DNA of 64,000 nt, taken from NCBI GenBank assembly GCA_013239625.1, contig MU056134.1, positions 4,914,714-4,978,713 of the forward strand. The letters are read 5' to 3'. Source of the DNA: Lama guanicoe (Eukaryota). The notes beneath the pieces are model-generated. The model did no database searches, was not told the DNA's origin, and saw only the letters and a list, made by a program, of their open reading frames with translations. Positions 35,961 through 64,000 of this stretch are shown here, one piece after another (within the stretch, counting starts at the first letter, position 1; each line of letters opens with the position of its first letter). The position numbers and the translations under genes are program-made.

Positions 35961-36546
35961 CAAATGACAGGCAGGAAGCGGTGGCAGCAGGGGGTGAGGG
36001 CAGCCAGGTGGGGGCTGGGCAGGTTAGCACTGCTCCCATGTCCCCTGCCATCCTCCTTTGACAGCCACCCAAGCTGTTGGCATCAGGGTCAAAAATACTT
36101 TCCCTCTTCTCCCTCCTGTCCCAAACTGAATAAATAGCATCCCTCTCCCCACAAGAGCCGGGGGAGACTCGTGTGCTGAGCTTGGTGCCCCATCATAGCC
36201 CAGAGTCAGGTGAGGGCAGAAGCTCAAATGGCTTGTAGGGAGTAGAATACGAAACTGTTCCACTCTCATTCTCATCTTCCTCTTCTTCCTCCCTGCCACA
36301 CTCCCCTCCCAGCCTGGTCCCAGGACAGGTGGTCGGTGAGGGCCTGAAGTAGGAGTATTGTCGCCTAGCGTACAATGAGCTCAAGTTTGCAAGGCCATCC
36401 AGCCTGTCACCCATCCAGGCTGACCACCAAAGAGAACGTCAATTCACGCCACTTTATGGACAGAAAAGGAGGGGCAGGGAGTGAGGCAATGGGCAGCCAG
36501 GCCTTTCCCAGCCTCAGAGGTAACCAGAGTCCTAGGAGCAGGCCCC

Positions 36547-57980
<21,434 letters not shown>

Positions 57981-59265
57981 TCACCGTTTGCCTGAAGACT
58001 AGAGAAGGAAGGGAGATGGGGATAAAAAATGAGACAGAGTTCCCTTAAACATTTCCACAAACAGCCTTCAGCTATGTGCCACTGCTCTGCCCAACCATTT
58101 CCATCTGGGAGGAGAGAGTAAGACTCAGATGGCTCCATCTCTTCTATTATCCATACTTCCCACGGTTGCCCTTTCAGGTATACCTTTAAAAAAGCAATTA
58201 TACTGGACTGCTCTGTATGTACTATCTTGTTTGCCCAAAGAGTTTTACCTCATGTTCCACTTGGGGGCAGAAATGGGTAGATGAAGAAAGAAATTAGGCA
58301 ACAAAGGTAAATGCAAAGACTGCTGGGCTTAAGAGTAGAGATCAAATACTGGTCCCACCATCTACTATAAACCCTAGGAAATTATTTAATGTGCCTGAAC
58401 ATCAGTTTCTTCACCTGGAAAATGGCAACAGCACTTGCAAGATAGTTGAGAATATTACATAACATAGAGAAAGGAAACTATTTACTATTTCAATAAATGT
58501 TAACTGAGTTTGAATTTGAATCCTGGGCCTAAATTTCCTTAGCATTCTGTAACTTTGTACCAACCAATCCTAACTTTGTCTTCTACTTCCCTGCTGTCAG
58601 ATGCACCCAAAGCCTGGACATGGCAGGGGAGAACCACAGAACCATAATATGGAGTTTCCTGGGCTTTAAAACACAACACACATTACACGAATCATAACAT
58701 CAAGATTCTGTTCTGGAATCCTGAAGCTGGCTGCTGATAAACTCAGCACCACTCCTTATCCTGTCCTGAATTATCATGCTATTCTTTTCAAAGTGTATGA
58801 ATGCCTACCCAGTACAAGCACTTGCTAGGAGCTGGGGATCTGAAGAGAAACAGGATGGTTTGTTTTCAAGGAGCTGACTTCTAGTAGAGGGCCAAATAAG
58901 GACCATGAAGTAATTTTATGTATTACGACATATATGTAGAGCAGACACAGGAAGATAACTGGAAAACAAACCCACAAAACCCAACCAAAACTAATACAGG
59001 CATTTCCTGGGTATTTTAAACAAATAGAAAAATGTGCCCTGAGGAATAGTATTTATTGCACATCAAGTTCGAGACATTTAACAAATATCTTATTAATCCC
59101 TACATTGTCCTATGAGTTACAGCACACTCCTCTCTACTCAGCAAAGGAGGAAATAGACTCAGAGATGAAGTCACTTGCTCAATGCGACACAACTCTTTTA
59201 ACTGCAAGAGCTGAAATCTGAGTTAAGGCTTGTCTGACTCCAAAATCACAACTGTTTCTATCATA

Positions 59266-60138
59266 CAGTAGTTCTCAGAGTGTGGTCCAGGGATCAACCC
59301 CCACCTTTCTCTCATGAATATACAGTGGAGTTTTCCAGAGGTCGTAAGACATTATCACAACAAACTGAAAGTAGAGGATATGAGAATCTAGCAGTACTCT
59401 GTTAAAGCAGACATTAAAATAGATTTGCAAAAAAAAGAAAAGAAAAAGAAAAACAATGCCATTCTTTTCATTTTATTTTTTGTTTTGAAGCTTACAGTTG
59501 TTTTTTAATAAAATGTGTTATTTATTTTAAAATGTAGCAGGCTGATTATTTTTTTTCTCAGCTTTATTGAGATACACAGTTGACCCTTGAACAATATGGG
59601 TTTAAACTGTGAGGATCTTTTTCTCAGTAAATATAGTACCTGTATTTTCATTTTACAGATCTTTAAATTAAATGTGGGTAATTTGTGTTCAATTAGAGAT
59701 CACAATATTTGAAATCAAAGAACTAGGGTTTAAGTCTTAATTCTATCCAAACTGTTTTAGCTTCCTGCTGTTAGATGAGTCACTTATTAATTCCTTTGTT
59801 TTTGAGGCAGAGATAGCAGTATGCAGACTGTGGGAGGAGCAGGGAGTCAGCACCCTAACCCTTGTGTTGTTCAAGGGCCATCTGTAATTGATGCATAACA
59901 CTGTGTAAGGTTAAGGTGTATAATGTGTTGATTTGATATACCTGTATGTTGCAAACAGGCTTATTATTATGTTAAAATGAAGTAATATCTATTAGTTTTA
60001 ATTTCTAATCTGGTAAACATCTATATATATATCATAAATATCAATAGATATAACTCACGTGAACAAAATGTCTCTGAAATTTTAAATTATCTTTAAAGCA
60101 TTAAGGGGTGCTCGGATCAAAAAGTTTAAGAGCCTCTA
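59266..60138. mobile_element. hAT-Charlie-type element interrupted by a short L1 3' fragment and the Tigger2 element
   Basis: Termini cagtagttctcagagtgtggtcc / aaagtttaagagcctcta; internal gtacagtggagttttccagagg-like segment; L1 fragment bounded by caggctgattatt / caggcttattatt. Confidence 0.6.
59577..59884 (+). mobile_element. Tigger2-type non-autonomous DNA transposon
   Basis: TIRs cagttgacccttgaacaa ... ttgttcaagggccatctg followed by TA. Confidence 0.75.
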
Positions 60139-60158
60139 CACTGTATCTTTCTATAGGT

Positions 60159-60248
60159 CCCACAGGATGGTGACATAGGAGGCCTTGGGTTAGATGAATG
60201 TCCCCCACAGGATGGTGACATAGGAGGCCTTGGGTTAGATGAATGTCC
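60159..60248. repeat. Perfect 45-bp tandem duplication
   Basis: cccacaggatggtgacataggaggccttgggttagatgaatgtcc x2 (60159-60203, 60204-60248). Confidence 0.95.
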
Positions 60249-62499
60249 CCTTTCCCCCCAAGATCTATACCCTTAAGGTCATTTAACTTAAGTACAGCCA
60301 AAAATGAATATGTAAAACTTGTCAATTAAATGTGGTGCTCTGATTTTAATACCACTCCCCCTCAGCCCTGAACAGAGCCATTAAAAATAGATTTGGGTAC
60401 AGCAGCCCCCACACATAGCTTGCTTTAATTTGGCTATCAGACCCACAGACTCAGTTTTATAAGGCCTCAACATCTTCACACTAAATGCCAGCTCCTGCAG
60501 ACCAGATGTCCTATAGCTTACCAGCAGAGAAAAACAGCCTACCTGATGAAAATAACAGCTTTCTTCTGTTTGGGGAGTGGCTGGTGCTCTGTGCTGCATG
60601 CAGCTTTCCTCCCATTCTCTAGATCAGCAATAAAGTACATGATGTGCTACAGCTGGGGAATGCCTCCAATCTAGCCCACTGGCAAGAGTTCCAGTTAAAA
60701 GAGGCTGTGCCAGAAGCAATCCTGACTTGCTGCAACTTATGGGAGCAAGATGTACAGAGGGTAATGCAGCAGCACTGCAGGCTGAGGTTGGCAAGCAGCA
60801 ACTATTTCAGAACAAAAACACTACTTATTAGTATATGGTTGTTATTAATATTTGACATCTGAGATAAGTCTGATGTCTTTTGGGTTTTGTATTTAGTACT
60901 TATGCTCTTGAATTTTCCCCATATTCAGACTGTAAGTTACATTTGCTACTGAAATAGGTCTAGAAAGGGAATGGGGTGCTGAAAGGAGGTTTCTCCAGGC
61001 AGAAGCACAGCTGCAGTACAAGATGTGGCTCAAAGGGAGAGGCTGGCGGTTACCATGACATTCTTGGGAAGAGGAATGGTGCTGGGATCAGATTGCCACA
61101 GGGGAGGCCCTCCGCAGTCCCTCCCTTTGAACAAGATGATGTAGGAGGCAATTAAAAGGAGACCAGAGCAAAAAAGAGATGTCTGTTAATTCCCTCCACT
61201 GGCAGCTTTAATTAACATTTACTTTTTTTTTTTTTAAGGGTCAAGCTCTGTGCTAGGACTTGGATATATGAAAATGAGTAAAACATGCTTTTGACCCTGG
61301 TGTACACAATTCACTTCAAAAAACTTGTAAATAAAGTTATGACAAAGCATAAATGTTTTATGGTAGTTATATACAGGACTATGAAAGCAATATGAAAGAG
61401 GGAGGTCAGAGAATGCCTCAGAAGAGGTGATGCCTGAGTTGAGAGGAGTTAAGAAGACAGACTGGAAAAAAGCAACACGAGCAAAGGCTTAGGTCTGAAA
61501 GGGCCTAGTACTCTGGAAAATAGCCCCAGAAGTCTGGTGAGGAGTGTAAACTACAAGACATTCTGCATTTTATGAGGGCCTAAGCCTATTTCAAAGGTGT
61601 TCACTAGTGACTACCCAATTTAGAATCCAAAAATCTAAGAGTTTGAACTCTTTGGTGTGAAAAATCCTAATCACATCAAGTCAAGATGTCAGAAGACAGC
61701 AAATGTTAATTCTACCTATAATCATTTTAATATGCTCACCATATTTATAAGAAATAACAGTCTTACAATCTTTTCAGTATCAGGGTATAAAAAACACTAT
61801 TGTTAATAATGGCTAATGTAATAACTAATTTAAAATTGTTAGTTATCCCTTTTCTTTCCATGTTTCCTTTGGGGACAAGGAAAGGGCAAAAGAGGAAGAG
61901 AAACAACTGAAATAAGTAACCAGATTCAGAATCCCTGCAACACACAGAGGGAGTAACAGTTACTGAGCTTTATGTAACACAATGGGGAGCATATTAGTTC
62001 CTTCTCTACAGAGGGCCAGATCTGCTGTTAAAGTACAAAAGCAAATGGAAAATACGTACATGAATGGGAGTGGCCTAATTTGGCTCAGGAGTCTTAGTTT
62101 GGTAACCCTCGATCTAGAAGTACAGAAAGTCTTTAAAGATTGATGGCAAAGGTACCATGGGAGCTTGTAATAGAAGACTCTAACCCAATTTTGAGGAAGT
62201 GACTTCAGGACCTTAAAAGTGAGGAGGAATTAACTAAGTGAAGAAGATGGCTTCTTTGGAGGTGGTTGGAGGAGTGATGTTGTTGGAGGCAAGTGCTCCC
62301 AGCACAAGGCCCAGGATATGTTGTGGCAGGAACCATGAGGGCCAGTTTGGGAAGAGGGAGAAGGGTTCATAATGAGTTGGAGGTGAGGTCACAAGGATCT
62401 TGATAGGATAACTTAAGGATTTTTGATTTTATCTGAAAGGTGCTGAGAAGCCCCTACAGGGTTTTATACCAAGAACTGACTCAGCAATTTACTTTCTGA

Positions 62500-64000
62500 T
62501 TCTATAAATACTTACTTAATGAGTGCTTACTACATGCCAGGCATGTACAAGACAAAATCCCTGCCCCTAGCATACCTGTTTTCTAGGGCAGGAGACAAAC
62601 CACAAACAGATAAAGCTTGCTGTAAGTGCTAGGAAGGAAATAATCATCCTCACCTCTGAGAGGGTTAGTTCAGACTGAGATGTCAAGAATGGGTAGGATG
62701 TGGTACGCAGAACCAGGGGAAGAGGTTCCCGGCAGAAAAGGTGGGCAAGAACTTGGCATATGGTAGGCAATGTCCTAAGGCTAGTGTGACCAGAGAATGG
62801 TGAAGGAAGCAGGATGTGAAAGGGAGGAGGGGTCTGCTCAAGCAGGTCTGTGAAGGTCATGGAAAGCCACTGGAGAGTTTTAAGCAGGGAAATGACATGT
62901 TCTGACCTGACCTGATCCTCCTATGTGGAAAATGGACTGGGAGAAATTCTGGGTGGAAGCAGGGAAAACTGAGAACACTATTTCAGTAGCTCTGGAAAAA
63001 GAGACGGTGGCTTGCAACAGGGTGGTAGCAGCAGAGATGGAGAACAGAAGAAAAATTTGAAATATATCTTGGAAGTAGAAGTGACAGGACTAACTAAAAG
63101 ACTTGGGGAGGTGAATAGTAAGGAAGAATCCAATATGATTCTCAGAGGTCTGGCTTTGGTAACCATGTGGATGAGAGTATCACTTAGTAAGGCAGAGAAG
63201 ATCGGGTTTGGAATGATAGGGAACCTAAAATGTTATGCCAGGTTTGGGATGTCTAAGAGACAACCAAATGGACCTATTAAGCAGGCATTTTGTATGAGTC
63301 TTAAACACAGAAGAAAGAAGGCTGGGCTAGAGAGTTTAACTTGGGAGTTGCCAGCTTTCAGATGCTGATTAAAGCCACAGGACTGGATCACCTAAAGGAA
63401 GCACACAGAAAACCTAGGATTAAACTCTGAAGGAAATTCAACATTTAGGCACTAGGTAGAGAGTAAAAGTAGCTAGCAAAGGAGACTGAGAAGGAGCAGC
63501 CATAAAAATGGAGAAAATCCAGGAGTGAAGTGTCAATGAAGCTAACAGAAGAGAGAACTTAAAGAGAGGAATAAACTGTGCTGAGTATTCCACACTGAGA
63601 AAGATGAGAACAAAGTATCCACAGGATTTGACAAAATAGAAGTCACTGGTGACCTTGACAAAAGCAGTATCAATGGAGTGGTCAGAAGAGAAGCCAGACT
63701 GGTGTAGGCTGAAGAACGAAAAAAAAAAAAACTGAGAAAGTTGACACAGTTGGAAATCTGGCTATGAAAGGAAATTTTAAGAAGTAGAATGCTAGCTAGA
63801 TAGGGATGAGAGGAATGCCAGAACATAATCTGTATGTTGATGGGAACAGATTTTTATGGAGAGGTAGATTTGGTGATTGATTTTATTGGAGAATAGTGGA
63901 AATGAAGAATCAAAGTATTATACTGCAGCATAATCTGACTGTGGTGCCTTAAGAACAGAGAAGCAGGAGCAAATTTATTTGCTTCCAAAGACCATATGTT
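62500..64000 (-). mobile_element. L2 LINE fragments (SUPT6H intron 1)
   Basis: atgagtgcttactacatgccaggc, ggaaagccactggagagttttaagcaggg, gtcactggtgaccttgacaa. Boundaries approximate. Confidence 0.55.

Overview
Mammalian (non-primate) genomic DNA syntenic with human 17q11.2. A tRNA-Ala-headed SINE of the camelid Vic-1 type and Tigger deletion derivatives suggest a camelid (camel/alpaca/llama); this is inference. Gene order: TRAF4 (-, coding exons 1-2 only), NEK8 (-, 15 exons, 698 aa), TLCD1 (+, 4 exons, 247 aa), RPL23A (-, 5 exons, 156 aa, hosting SNORD42B, SNORD4A, SNORD42A and a decayed SNORD4B), RAB34 (+, 10 exons, 259/260 aa) overlapped in another frame by the repeat protein NARR (188/189 aa), PROCA1 (+, 5 exons, 376 aa) and SUPT6H (-, coding exons 2-37, 1726 aa expected; non-coding exon 1 not seen, presumably beyond the window). 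Exon boundaries were read by hand, and frames close wherever the sequence is visible. I found no wholly new biological system. The best leads are: the three-frame RAB34/NARR/uORF start region; SNORD4B with both terminal boxes lost; a very weak GC donor at the kinase/RCC1 boundary of NEK8; a p53 element and an X-box upstream of TRAF4 but inside NEK8 exons; a tail-less pre-tRNA-Leu retrocopy with TSDs; a young poly(A) retro-fragment; and PROCA1 as a PLA2 pseudo-enzyme. Comparisons with human and mouse orthologues and repeat consensi are from memory, not from searches. Six N-blocks are present, four of them over exons.
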